Shown in pieces: positions 38,991 to 51,383 of a DNA stretch of 64,000 bases; within the stretch, counting starts at the first letter, position 1; every line of letters begins with the position of its first letter. The stretch comes from Mustelus asterias (taxonomy: Eukaryota): positions 126,852,001 to 126,916,000 of the forward strand of contig NC_135803.1 in the NCBI RefSeq assembly GCF_964213995.1. The letters are read 5' to 3'. The notes below the pieces were generated by a model. It saw nothing but the letters and a program-made list of their open reading frames with translations. It was not told the origin of the DNA and searched no databases. A program made the translations under genes and the position numbers.

Positions 38991-40617
38991 GAAAGAACTG
39001 ACATTGAAAATTAACTGTTATAAATATGGAGTCTCATTTCCTTAGGTTTTGATTTTTAAAATATTCCAAAATTTCTAAATGATGAAATTCCTCGATTTGG
39101 ATTAGTTTTCTCAATGCATGTAGGTTTACATGTCTCAATCATTGAAGCAGATTGTCAAGCTTGGAACTGGCTTATCTAATTGGGAAATGCAATATTTTTA
39201 TAGGGGCTTGAGCAAAGAATTAAATTCCTATTCAGTCAGATGGTCATTGTAGAATTGTCAGTGAAATAATGTTCCACTGATACTAGTACAGAATGACAGC
39301 TGACTGTGCAATTTTGTACCTATAAATAATCTTTATCCTTCATTTATTCATTTGCAGGTTGAGGGTGTCACTTACAAGATCAGCATACAATGCCCATCCC
39401 TAGTTGTCCTTCAGATGTACAGTGAGCATTGAGCTTGAAATAATGCAAATCATGTGTTGAAGGTCTCCCCTTCATGCTGTTCGACAGAGTTTTGAACCAA
39501 CAATGATGAAGGACCAATTCCTCATTCGGATGGTGTGTGACTTGGATGGGACTTTAGAGGTAGTGGATTCCCTTGTGTCTGTTGCTCTAGTTGTTCTAGG
39601 TGTTGGGGGTCATGAGTTTGAGAGGTGTTGTTGAAGGATTCTTGCTGAGTTGCACTTGTGCATCTTGTAGATGGTATACACTGCAGCCACAGTGTGCTGG
39701 TGGTGGATAGGTTGCCAATCAAGTGGATTGTTTTGTTGTAAATAGTGTTGAGCTTTTTGAGTGATGTTGGTTCTTGAGTGTTGATGACCTGCATTCATCT
39801 AGGTGAATGGAGAGTATTTCATGAAACTCTGACTTGTGCCTTGTAGGTGATGGAAAGGAGGCAACATTCACCATGGAACACTGAACCTCTGGTTTCCTCT
39901 TGTAGCCATAGTATCTGTGTAACTGGCCCAGTTAAGTTTCTGGAATGATGACCACTATCACCACCACACAACACTGCATAAACCACCCCCTCCGCACCAC
40001 CCCGCCACAGGATATTGATGTTGGCAGACTCAGCATTAGTAAGGCCCTTTAATGTCAAACGGTGATGGTTAGATTTTCATTCGCTGGAGATGGTAATTAC
40101 CTGTGTAAGATTTTGAGAATTCTACTAATTTTTGTAATTTGTAACATCTATGGATTTTATCCTGTAAGCAGTTTAACATTAAGCGGTTCAGGTCTGACTT
40201 GTTGTTTGCCAATTAGCAATCAAGATGGTCGGGAAAACAGGAAAAGCGGATGTTTGTGAAGAAACAAGCTTGTTTTATGTTTTATGATGGAGCTCATTTG
40301 AGTTGAGCTGAAGCTATCTCAATGACCAAAATATGACTGGGTGTGTGTTTTTGTCAGCTTGAAAAAATGGCTAAAACAGTGTGAATGTAAGAGCACCCGG
40401 AGGAAAGTTATGCAGACATGGGGAGAACATGCAAACTCTAGGATGGCACAATGGCACAGTGGTTAGCATTGCTGCCTCACAGTGCCAGGGCCCGACTCAT
40501 GCCTGAGTGAGGTTCAGTGCTACATTCCTTTGTCCCTTGGCTCTAAAGGGGGATTAGGGGCGAGGGTCTAGGGTTCAGTGAATCAAGCTGAGTCCTATCA
40601 CTGTGAATGAAACATTC

Positions 40618-40860
40618 ACAGTAAGAAGTCTCACAACATCAGGTTAAAGTCCAACAAGTTTATTTGGTAGCACAAGCCACAAGCTTTTGAAGCGCTGCTC
40701 CTTCATCAGGTGAGTGGTAGTTGTGTCCACAAACGGGGTATATAAAGACACAAACTCAATTTACAAGATAATGGTTGGAATGCGAGTCTTTACAGGTAAT
40801 CAAGTCTTAAAGGTACAGACAATGTGAGTGGAGAGAGGGTTAAGCACAGGTTAAAGAGGT
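40618..40860 (-). mobile_element. Penelope-like 3' fragment with degenerate hammerhead
   Basis: Matches 58895-59130; core reads CUGAUGA...AAAAGCUU (GAAA mutated). Confidence 0.85.
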
Positions 40861-41340
40861 TGTCTTTAACCTGTACTTCATCCGTGCCCACACTGTGCCC
40901 CTACAATTCCTTAGCCTTGCAAACCCGCCCCCTACATCTAGGTGTGTCCACAGGATGCAATCAGAGCTGGAAGCAGCCTGCCTGGGTTGCCTTGGCAGGT
41001 GTTCTTTGGTAGACCGAGTCCTAGAGGGCCCCAGCCGACTTTCAGGTGGAACTAGTGTTTTAGCATCACCATTCTGCCCTGTGCTCGAGCTGTGCCGATT
41101 TCAGGGCTCGGCGCTTCCCACGTCTCCTGGAGGGAAGGCCCTAGGCCTCGCTCTGGTGTTCTTGGGCCCCGAGTTACTCCTTGGAATGGAGGGGCAGCTG
41201 GAGTGAGTTCCACAAGCTTCAGTTTTATCTTGCACTGCCAGTCCTAGATGCCCTCCATTGTCTGAAAACTGCAGTTGAAGCCCTCAACCATGGTCCTCAG
41301 GGACTGTGCCATGCATCTGGAGGTGGAGTTCTCCCACCAT

Positions 41341-42155
41341 TTTGATTTGATTTATTATTGTCACATGTATTAGCATACAGTGAAAAGTATTATTTCTTGT
41401 GCGCTATACAGAGCATACCGCTCATAGAGAAGGAAACGAAAGAGTGCAGAATGTAGTGTTACAGTCATAGCGAGGGTGTAGAGGAAGATCAACTTAATGC
41501 AAGGTAGGTCCATTCAAAAGTCTGACGGCAGCAGGGAAGAAGCTGTTCTTGAGGCGGTTGGTATGTGACCTTAGACTTTAGTATCTTTTTCCCGACGGAA
41601 GGTGGAAGAGAAAATGTCCGGGGTGCGTGGGCTCTTTAATTATGCTGGATGCTTTGCCGAGGCAGTGGGAAGTGTAGACAGAGTCAATGGATGGGAGGCT
41701 GGTTTGCATGATGGATTGGGCTACATTCACAACCTTTTGTAGTTCCTTGCGGTCTTGGGCAGAGCAGGAGCCATACCAAGCTGTGATACAACCAGAAAGA
41801 ATGCTTTCTATAATGCATCTGTAAATGTTGGTGAGAGTTGTAACTGACATGCTAAATTTCCTTAGTCTTCTGAGACAGTAGAGACGTTGGTGGGCTTTGG
41901 GAGTGTCAGCATGGGAGGACCAGGACAGGTGGTTGGTGATCTGGACACCTAAAAACTTGAAGCTCTCAACCCTTTCCACTTCATCCCCATTGATGTACAC
42001 AGGGGCATGTTCTCCTCTACGCTTCCTGAAGTCGATGAAAATCTCCTTTGTTTTGTTGACATTGAGAGATTATTGCCACCGCACCAGTTCACCAGATTCT
42101 CTTTCTCATTCCTGTACTCTGCCTCGTCATTGTTTGAGATCCGACCCACTACCAT
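41341..42155 (-). mobile_element. Rex1/Babar-type LINE 3' fragment
   Basis: INGDEVERVESFKFLGVQITNHLSWS...KAHQRLYCLRRLRKF...YRCIIESILSGCITAWYG; tail CATGTGACAATAATAAATCAAATCAAA. Confidence 0.9.
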
Positions 42156-42422
42156 GGATCTGACCTCAAGCCCCAGGCTTTCCACTGCAGACGCCACCCT
42201 TTCAGTGTTGGCCTGGGTGCCATATATCCCAGCAGAACTTGAATGTCATCTATCTGAGAGTTCGCCGTAGTCCCAGATGACCATAGACTGGGCTCTCCCC
42301 TTTGAGGGGGAATACTGACTGGTGGTGATTTAACCTGAGGATCATCTCCTCTGCACAGTGCATGACCAAGCTCTCTACACCTCCATCCCCTATGGGGACA
42401 GGCTGGAGGCTCTCTTCTTCTT

Positions 42423-42718
42423 AGAATCACAGAATCCTACAGTGCAGAAGGAGGCCATTCAGCCCATCAAGTCTGCACCAACCACAATCCCACCCAGGCC
42501 CTATCCCCATAACCCCATGCATTTACTGTAACTAGAGGCAATTTAGCATGGCCAATCCATCTAACTTGCACATCTTTGGACTGTGGGAGGAAATCAGAGC
42601 ACCCACGGGAAACACACACAGACACAGAGAGAATGTGCAAAGTCCTCAGACAGTGACTCAAGCCGGAATCAAACCCAGGTCCCTGGCGCTGTGAGGTAGT
42701 AGTGCCAACGTGCCACCC
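42423..42718 (-). mobile_element. V-SINE (HE1-like), CR1-type tail
   Basis: Similar to 3723-4064. Confidence 0.85.
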
Positions 42719-43164
42719 TTGAACAGAGATCCAAACAGTCTCCATTCACTACCACACTCCTCCACCTGGCTGGATTTGTTCTTGCATTGAATAACTACTC
42801 CTTCAAGCCCACTCACTTTCTTCAAATAAAAGGCGTTGCTATGGACATTCACATGGGTCCCTAGCTATTTGCAGCATACATGGAACATTCCTAATCGAAA
42901 ATTCAACTGCTTTTAGCAACATAAATGCTTAGGTACTAGAGCAGGTCAAAGGCCTGTATTCTTTCTTTGGTGAATGTTTAACTAGCTGATTCCTCAGTCA
43001 TCACCTAGGAGCAACAAACCTGGTCTGTGATGCATTACTTTTCACCTCCCTGAATGGGTGCAGCTGCAACAACAGTCAAGAAACTAAATGTCATTCAGCC
43101 ATAGCTCTCCAACTGCTGGGTATTTCATTAACCAGCCTAAACATTCACCCATTCAATACCAGCA

Positions 43165-44100
43165 TTAGAACAAAGGACTGAGGAGCAGGATATTCGGTCC
43201 TTCAAACCTGCTCTACCGTTTGACAAGACTATGCTCTGAACTCCACTTTCCTGTATTCCCCTATAACACAACTCACTTATCAAAAATCTAACTCAGGCTT
43301 GAATAAATTCGATGACCCAGCCCGCTCTGCTTTCTGGGTAAGATAATTCCACAGCCTAATGACTCTCAGAAAAGATTTCTTCTCATCTCCAACTTAAAAG
43401 GGAGACCTCTTATTTTTAAACTGTAGCCCCTAGTTCTAGACTCCCCACACAAGAGGGATGTCCTCTCAACATCTATTCTGTTAAGTCCCCTCGGGATGTT
43501 ATGTTTCAATATCATCTCTCATTTTTCTAAACTCCAATGGATATAGTTCCAAACTGTTTAACCTTTCTTCAGAAGGCCTTCATCCCAGGAATGAGGCACA
43601 TGAACCTTGACCAAACTGCTTCTAACAGTTATATCCTTTGTCAAATAAGGAGACCAAATGAGTACATAGTACTCCAGATGTAGTCTCACCAAGGCCCTGT
43701 ACAGCTGCAGCAGAACTTCCCTGTTATATTCCATTCCCCTTGTAATAAATACCAAATCCATTTGTAATAACTGCTCATTAAATTTTTGAGATTCACGTAC
43801 CAGGGCACTGAGGTCCCTTTGTACTTGCAGGTTTTGCAATCTCTCGACATTATAGTATATTGCTTTTCTATTCTTCCTGCCGAAGTGGACAAGTTCATAT
43901 TTTTCCACATTATACTACAGTTGCCAATTTTTGACCACTCACTAAACCTATTAATATCCCTTTGTAAGTTTTAACCTCTTCTTGACAACCTTCCTACCTA
44001 TTTTGGTATCATTGGCAAACTTAGTACCTTATGTTCGGCCCCTTTATCCAAGTTACTGGTACAGATTACAAATAGTTGAGGCCCAAACACGGACCCTTCT
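43165..44100 (-). mobile_element. Decayed CR1 LINE
   Basis: VHFGRKN...LLQLYRALVRLHLEYY motifs with frameshifts. Confidence 0.85.
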
Positions 44101-46017
44101 GGCACTCTTTATAGTTTTTGAAGGTTGTCACTTCCCCTATCTGTGTCGATTTTTCCCACACTTCAATGTTTCGTCTTTCCAATCAGGTTTCTTCTGTGCC
44201 ACAGCAAATCAAAATCACAAACATTTTCTGTAGCTTGACAGTAATGTATTATCCCTTCTCCTCTTTCCCTCTCCAGTCTTTGACACACAAGATCAGTCTC
44301 CAATGCATTTCCTTTGGTTTACAGCTCAGTGGAATTGGCCTCATTTAGCTGTCTAATCTTAGTCAGAACATCCCAACCATCAGTAGATACGGAATCAGCA
44401 TCCAGGTGCACACGAACAATACACAACTCTCCCTCTGCAGTTAATTAGGATTTCTATTTTCAATTTCTGGTTGTGAACCTTCTTTGATATTGATGATAAT
44501 GGATTTGTGAAATGTTAAACAATTGAAATTTAATGAGAAAATGCAGTTCTTTATTGTCAAGCTAAACATTTTGAAGTGATGATCTAGTGTTGAAAGCTTC
44601 TGTGAAGTCCAACCCGTCTTTCATATATACACTCCAAATTACAAGGGCAAAAAAATCATTTGAATTCTTGCAATGTAGGCTACGTTTCATTTGAAACCTA
44701 GCCAGCAGTTTGTTCCATTTATAACATACGTAATCTGAAACTTCAGTGATCCTTAGTGCCATCATGTGTACTGTTGATGTATTACAATGACCAAAATGTA
44801 CATTTTCTATTTAAAAGCCATTGAAAATAATGCTATTATTGCCTCTTTTATACTTTTCCATTTCACATTATAGACTAGGAGTACTGAAACCTAAAAAAAG
44901 AGCAGAATCAAATTTCATAAGAACTCTTGATAGACTGTAAAAAGCATTTGGAACAAAATTTCACTAAATAATTTCAACTCCGAAAAGTTGAAATTAATGT
45001 GGAAAGTGTAGTATAATGTATTTTGGATTTACAACTCTGGGAACTCGGTTCAAAATCACTTCCGATTTCTAAGAAGTATTTCTGAAAAGGTATTTTGTTA
45101 AATAAATTGGGCCATCTCACTCAAACTTTTAGTATGCAAAGGAGAATACAAGAAATGCCCCCCTATTAAGATATCCCGATACCAGTCACAAAATAGCTGA
45201 TGTGGAAAATAGAAAAATGTCACAAGTGGCGGCACGGTAGCACAGTCTTTAGTACTGCTGCCTCATAGCGCCAGGGACCTGGGTTTGATTCCCAGCTTAG
45301 GTCACTGTCTGTGTGGAGTCTGCATGTTGTCCCCAGGTTTCCTCCAGGTGCTCCAGTTTTCTGAGTCTGAAAGACGTGCTGGTTAGGTGCATTGGCCATG
45401 CTAAATTCTCCCTCAGTGTATCTGAACAGGTGCCGGACTGTGACGACTCGGGGATTTTCACAGTAATTTCACACGGTGTTAATGTAAGCCTACTTGTGAC
45501 ACTAATAAATAAACTTTAAACTTTATAGTTGGAGGGGCTCCCTTAAGGATGGCATGGAGGAACTTTCTTCAGCAAAAGTACATGAAATATCATTGTATCT
45601 CACAATGCTATACCTCATTTTTCTTGCCTCAGAGTCAAAGGTTCAAGTACCATTCCAGCAATGTGATCACTGTGATGCACCATTAAGGGTTCTGTCTTCT
45701 GGATAAGGTGTTAAAACTAAGGTTCTCTCAAATGACACAACAGACCCCATTGCATTCTTTAAGAATTGGCAGGGGAGTTCTCCTGATATTCTGGACTATA
45801 TATATATATATATCCCACAACCTGCAAAACTAAAAACAGATAATCTGATTACTAATGTTTGCAAGGAGCTTTAATTGGTGCAAATGAGCTACAATACATT
45901 CCTATATTCCAACAGTGACTGCACTTCTATTTCAGTATTTCATTGGCAGTAAAGAACTTTTGGACATCCTGAGGCTATGAAAGGTATGATACAAATGCAA
46001 GGTCCTTTCCAGTACAC

Positions 46018-46654
46018 TGTGAAGTGGGAAAAACATAAAGATGGGTACATAACACATAAAATGGCTGCCTGGCACATAAACAGTCACCTAGGAAAGAGAC
46101 ATTAAACAGGCACTGACTTTTAGTGCAGACAGCTACGTGACATTAAAACATGAAGGACAGTTATTTAAAGTTAAAGATGCAGGAATCAGATCCTGCAGGA
46201 GGCCAGCCAGGGCTTGAGGCAGTTTTTAGGATAAGGACCGATCTAGGACAATAAGGACTGATAGAGGTTAGCCACAAACGGGAACGGGAATACATAAATG
46301 CAGGAAAACCAATTACTGTATGAATAGACCGAAACTAAGTAATTGATAGGGAAAATGTACCCATTCCATGAAACAATGCGATGTTAAAAGCCAATGTCTG
46401 TATATGTCTGGCTGTAACGATGTGTTAAACTATCAATCCTACTCAGTTATAACAATGTGTTAAATGGCTAATGTCCGGGCTATCCATTGTCTGAAAAGTA
46501 TAAAAATGAGCCACTCCTATTGTATCATTGAGAGAAGGGAGCTGCCTAGTGTACTGAGGAGTGCCAGTGCCTTTTCTTCACGAAGCTTCGTTAAATAAAA
46601 CTGTATTGTTGAAACCTTCAAGTCTGACTCCGAAGTGGCAATTTTCCCATAACA
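46018..46654 (+). mobile_element. Candidate solo LTR
   Basis: TGT...AACA ends with imperfect terminal inverted repeat (TGGGAAAA/TTTTCCCA), TATAAAA at 46499, AATAAA at 46594, short U3-like direct repeats; no clean TSD. Confidence 0.6.
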
Positions 46655-46993
46655 ACTGGATGGTAAAAGTGGGAAATGTTTCATAACCCATCATTAATCT
46701 TGATGAGCAACAAGTAAAAGAAAAATATTTTTGAATAACAAAAGCAGCAGCAATCCTTTGAAACAAAAGGTTATCAAATAAAATTCTGCATCATCATAGT
46801 TACAAGACAGACTTTATAATCACTGACATCTGTTATTGCAAATATACTAGCCAAACAATGTGGTTTGAAAATATAGCATTCATTTTCAAATTATTTTGAG
46901 AGTTTTCAGTAGTTTCCATAAAACTCACATTTAAGAACATAAGTATCCAATGAAAACGGTTTCCAAGTTATTTTCCAGTTTCAATGTTAAGAG

Positions 46994-47512
46994 TCATACA
47001 TTTTGATCTCTATCGTCTGGCAGCATGACCTTCACTTCCCCTTTCATTATAACCTTCGTAGTTTCTTTGACAACACATGAAACAGCAATCCAAGCTATGG
47101 ACCTCCTTATTTTAATAACATCCGCAATTGCTGAAACCTGCTCTCCAATATACAAAGGTGCTAGAAAATGGAGTTCCTGAGACAGAAGAGCACATCCAGG
47201 CATTTTGGTTCCCAGAACAGCAGACATTAATCCACAAACCAGTACACCGTGCACAATCGGCTTTCCAAACTTGCTGGCTTTGGCAAAATCTTCACTGAGA
47301 TGTAGTGGGTTCGTATCACCTGTTAACTCTGAAAAGGCAAATACATCACCTTGGGTAAAAGCTTTGGTAAGTTCAGCTCTCTCGCCAACCTGAAGATGGA
47401 CAGACCGAAGAAAGGCATTTTGTAGCATCATGATGCTGCCTGTGCGCCGCTGTCTCATTTTTAATGGGTTTTGAAAGACACGAAGAATAACGCTTTGAGC
47501 ACCAAAAGGCAT
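46994..47512 (-). CDS. HTD2: Mitochondrial hydroxyacyl-thioester (3-hydroxyacyl-ACP) dehydratase type 2, 172 aa, intronless
   Basis: MaoC/hotdog motif [12 protein letters not shown]...FGKPIVHG, close to human HTD2; first ATG at 47512 (the track's 47542 start is TTG); Arg-rich N-terminus with no acidic residue before E44; directly downstream of the RPP14 stop. Confidence 0.95.
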   Translation of the reverse strand: MPFGAQSVILRVFQNPLKMRQRRTGSIMMLQNAFLRSVHLQVGERAELTKAFTQGDVFAFSELTGDTNPLHLSEDFAKASKFGKPIVHGVLVCGLMSAVLGTKMPGCALLSQELHFLAPLYIGEQVSAIADVIKIRRSIAWIAVSCVVKETTKVIMKGEVKVMLPDDRDQNV

Positions 47513-47587
47513 TTCCTCAAATTTTACAGTCCAGTTTTCCAAGAAGAGTAGATTATGTCACTTCAAACACCTGAATTGTCAGATATC

Positions 47588-47644
47588 TCAGTTCAACACA
47601 AGTTCTCTACTGTTGCCCGATAGTGCAAGAAGAAATGGGGAGAC
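47588..47644 (-). CDS. RPP14: RPP14 coding exon 5 (stop; exon continues into HTD2)
   Basis: VSPFLLALSGNSRELVLN* versus human VSPFLLALSGNSRELVLD; acceptor tgtatag. Confidence 0.96.
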   Translation of the reverse strand, partial: VSPFLLALSGNSRELVLN

Positions 47645-48529
47645 CTATACAATAGAGATAAAAATGTAATTAATTTTACTAATGAAACAAGCAAGCTGGC
47701 TACTTCAGAATCAGTTTGACACATTTGAAGATCAAGAATACAGCCAAAAATTAGCTTCCTTGTTCCCATCTAGGATTACAGTTTAATGGGTTTTGACCCA
47801 AATTACAGAACTGGGAGGCACAAAGTTAAAATCAACATCTAAGGGCTTCCATATTAATGCACCTTTCTGCCAGAACTGCACCAGTGTTTGATCCAAACAG
47901 ATGTACCTCCCAACAAAAGTGTTCCCTCAATTTCCTCCTGTTCAGTTCACAGACATGGTGCTTGGTCCTGTTATCTGTGAATCACAGGATGCTGCTGGGT
48001 GGGCTGTCACAATCTTACCTCAACCTAGAAACCAGTTTATTCTCTACAGTACAATGTACTAAGAAGAGCAGCGGGGAAAGTCTAGGTCATTGCTTTGAGA
48101 GCAATAAGATCGATTTGTCGAGGTAGGCCTGGTCAGAGAGAGAGAGACATGGAGATGAGAGAGCTAAAGCAAATAATATCAACTATCATAGAACAGGGAA
48201 AATTATAGGTAGATGAATTAAATTTCAAATGGAAGAATCCGAGGGTCCAGGATGGCGGCAAACAAATGAAATGAATGAAGAGACAGAAGCCATAGAACAA
48301 GTGAAAAAACAATCCAAGGAGCCCAGATATATTTCAGATTTTACACCTACTAAAAATTACTTCCCATGACGACTTTGAAATAAAAATGAGAGACATTGGA
48401 TATTTTAATTCATGATTGTTTGAAATGCTGAAAAAGTTGGGTTCTTGTTTTGTTTAGTGAAATGATTCTGTAGTGCTCAATAAGGTTCTGTTTCAGTAAT
48501 CACTAAAGACAAACTATCATACAAATATG

Positions 48530-49510
48530 AACATATGAATTAGGAGTAGGCCACGTGCCCCTTCGAGCTTGCTTTATCTAGGGATGCCTTCATTATGAGA
48601 TCATCAATTAATCCGATCTCATTGCACAATACCAGGTCTAATACAGTCTGCTCTCTGCTTGGCTCCAGAATGTGCTATTCTAAGAAACTATCACAAAAAC
48701 ATTGTTTGAAATCACCAACGCTAACTTTCCCCATCTGATTTTTCCAGTCTACATATAGATTAAAATCCCTCATGATTATCGCCCCACCTTTTTGACAAGC
48801 TCCAATTATTCTTTATATTCTGTCCTACTGTGTAGTTACAATTAGGAATCACATACACCACTTCCCCAAGTGACTTCTTGCCTTGATTATTCCTCATCTC
48901 AACTCAAACTGCTTCTGCATCCTGGTTTCCGAATTCCTCTCGAACGCGCTAATACTATCAATTAACAGAGCCACCACTCCACCTTTTCCAACTTCCTGTC
49001 CTTCCTAAATGTAATGCACACTTCAATATTCAGGTCCCCAATCTCTGTCACCCTGTAGCCATGTCTCTAATGGGCGTCAGATCGTACTTATTAATTTCTA
49101 TTTGCGCAATCAGTTAATTTCTTTTGTTTTGAACGCTACGTGCATTTAGATACAAAGTCTCAAATTTTCTCCTTTTATTATTTTTGTACTATCTGGCCTT
49201 ATCTGTTGATTTAATCTTAGATTTGAACTCTGTCACTTCCTCTCATGGTCTGTTAATCATTTCCCATATTAGTACAATTCTCTCATCTTGTCTCTACACT
49301 TTGGTTTACCACATCTTCCCGAATTTGATCCCTTTCCCCCACCATTTTGTTCAAACCCTCTCTACTTCCCTAGTTATGCGACTCACTATATCACCAGCCC
49401 CAGCATGGCTCAGCTATAGACCGTCCCAATGGTACAGATTCTACTTTCCCCAATATTCCTGCCAGTGCCCCATGAAACCGAACCTACCTCTCCAACACCA
49501 GTCTTTTCAT
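48530..49510 (-). mobile_element. Decayed CR1-like LINE fragments
   Basis: Similar to the LINE-like stretch at 13000-13100, CR1-type 3' end at 48530; no intact ORF. Confidence 0.55.
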
Positions 49511-49795
49511 GCCAATATCATGCAGACATACATGGACTGGATCCTCCCCCTCCAGCCCTCAGCTCCCAATGGATAACTTCCATCTCCCTGCTTAGGCCCC
49601 AGGATGAGACTTAGTACTTGCAGTTAAATGTTAAAAACAGTTTAAGACTTTTAGAAATATATCAGCTCACCAAACTCACACTCTAATGAGGTCGCTCAAC
49701 CATTAGATAACAAGAAATACTGCAGTCTTCAACTTTGTGATTGAAGAGTAACTTGAAAAGATGAACTATCATTTTATAGCAAACACATACAATAC

Positions 49796-49874
49796 CTGTG
49801 TCACTCTGAAAGCACACTTCTGATTTTGATATGATCCCAGAAGGGTCAATGCACTCCACAGCTTCACAAGGCCA
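49796..49874 (-). CDS. RPP14: RPP14 coding exon 4
   Basis: (S)GLVKLWSALTLLGSYQNQKCAFRVTQ; 79 nt, ag/gt. Confidence 0.96.
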
Positions 49875-51383
49875 CTGTAAACAGAAATATTGTCAACAAA
49901 CCTTTTAAGAGTTATGCTTTGACATTTATGTTAGTGTTGCTAGTTTATAACATCTTGAATATACGTAGCAACTTTAAAAACAGAACATTATTCCCAAGTA
50001 CTTCAGAGACAGAATCAAGCAAAAATGCAAAACAGGAGCTATTTTCAGCAACGACCTGAAATTTTGCTAAAGAGTTGAGTTTTAACAAAGGACTTAAAGA
50101 GAGGGAGGTGTAAAGTTGGGAGATTTAGCAAGGGAATTCTAGAGCATAGGCCAGGATTGGGGTGGGTGGAGAATGCAAAAGAGGCAGGAGTCATAGGATC
50201 AGACAGTTCATGCAGTCTGGACAAAAGGCTAAAGAAAGTTACAGAGAAGGGAAAAGTCACAACAGAATTTAAACAGAAGGATAATAATTTTAAATTTTGG
50301 GACGTTTGGTGACCAGGAGTCAATTTAGGTTGTGGAAGACATGGAATATGTTTGAGCACAGCTGGGTGCTGGAAAGGATACTGGCGGCAGTTTTGGCTGA
50401 GCTGAACTTTGCTGTGGATAGAGAATGGAGCATTGGAATAATTGAGGCTGGAGGTGACAAAGGGATAGATCAAGGCTTTTGTCTTTTGGATTAGACATTA
50501 AATCAAGACCTCATCCGCCTGCTCACGTGGGTGCAAAAGATTCCATGATACTATGTTGAAGAGGAGGAAGGGAGCTATTCCTTGTCCTGGTCAACATTAA
50601 CCACATGGACTACAACTGTACAAGATGACAGATCACTACCAACTTCTCAAGGGCAATTAGGGATGGGCATTGAATGCTAGCCTTGCCAGCAACATCCACA
50701 ACCCAAGATTATATTTCAAAAAAAATCAGCAGATGAGTTGAGACGGGGACAGAAGTGGGAGGCAGCAGAGAGAGAGATTAGTTGGTTTTTATGATGGAGA
50801 CACCATTTTTCTTCGCTCATGGGATGGGGTTGTCACTGGCTAGGCCAGCATTTATACCGATACTTAATTGCCTTTGAGAAGGTGATGATGAGCTGCCTTC
50901 TTAAACTGCAGCGGGCAATATGGTGTCGGTACAACCACCGTGCTGTTAGGAAGGGAGTTCCAAGATTTTGACCCAGCAACAGCGAAGGAACATCAATATA
51001 GTTCCAAGTCAGGGTAGTGTGTGGTTTGGAGGGGATTTGTAGGTGGTGGTGCTTGCATGCATCCACTGCCCTTATCCTTCTAGGTGGCAGATGTTGTGGG
51101 TTTGGAAGGTGCTGTTGAGGGGCCTTGGTAAGTTGCTGCAATGTATCTTATAGATGGTACACACTGCTGCCATTGTACATCAATGGTGGAGGGGGTAAAT
51201 GTTTAAGGTGCAGGATGGGGTGCCAATGAAGAGGGCCAGGCCGCAGCGGGCCCCAGGGATGTTGATGCAGTTTAGCTCCAGGAACTTACTTTCTGTATTA
51301 TGGCCCTGTAATATTTAAATGGCTCTTTTTTTTTAATATATGGTTTATATTTTTGATAAATACATTATAAAAAGTAAAAGGTA

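Noticed and set aside
47513-47542. ORF-track HTD2 start at 47542 (MENW...)
   Set aside because: That codon is TTG, and the extension is acidic, unlike a presequence; ATG at 47512 preferred
47571-47580. Alternative splice acceptor (ttcag) in the intercistronic spacer
   Set aside because: No polypyrimidine tract; unsupported without RNA data
47513-47590. RPP14-HTD2 fusion by stop readthrough (the two ORFs are in the same frame)
   Set aside because: Two further in-frame TGA codons lie in the spacer, so three stops would need suppression; no SECIS or readthrough context recognised; a fusion would bury the mitochondrial presequence
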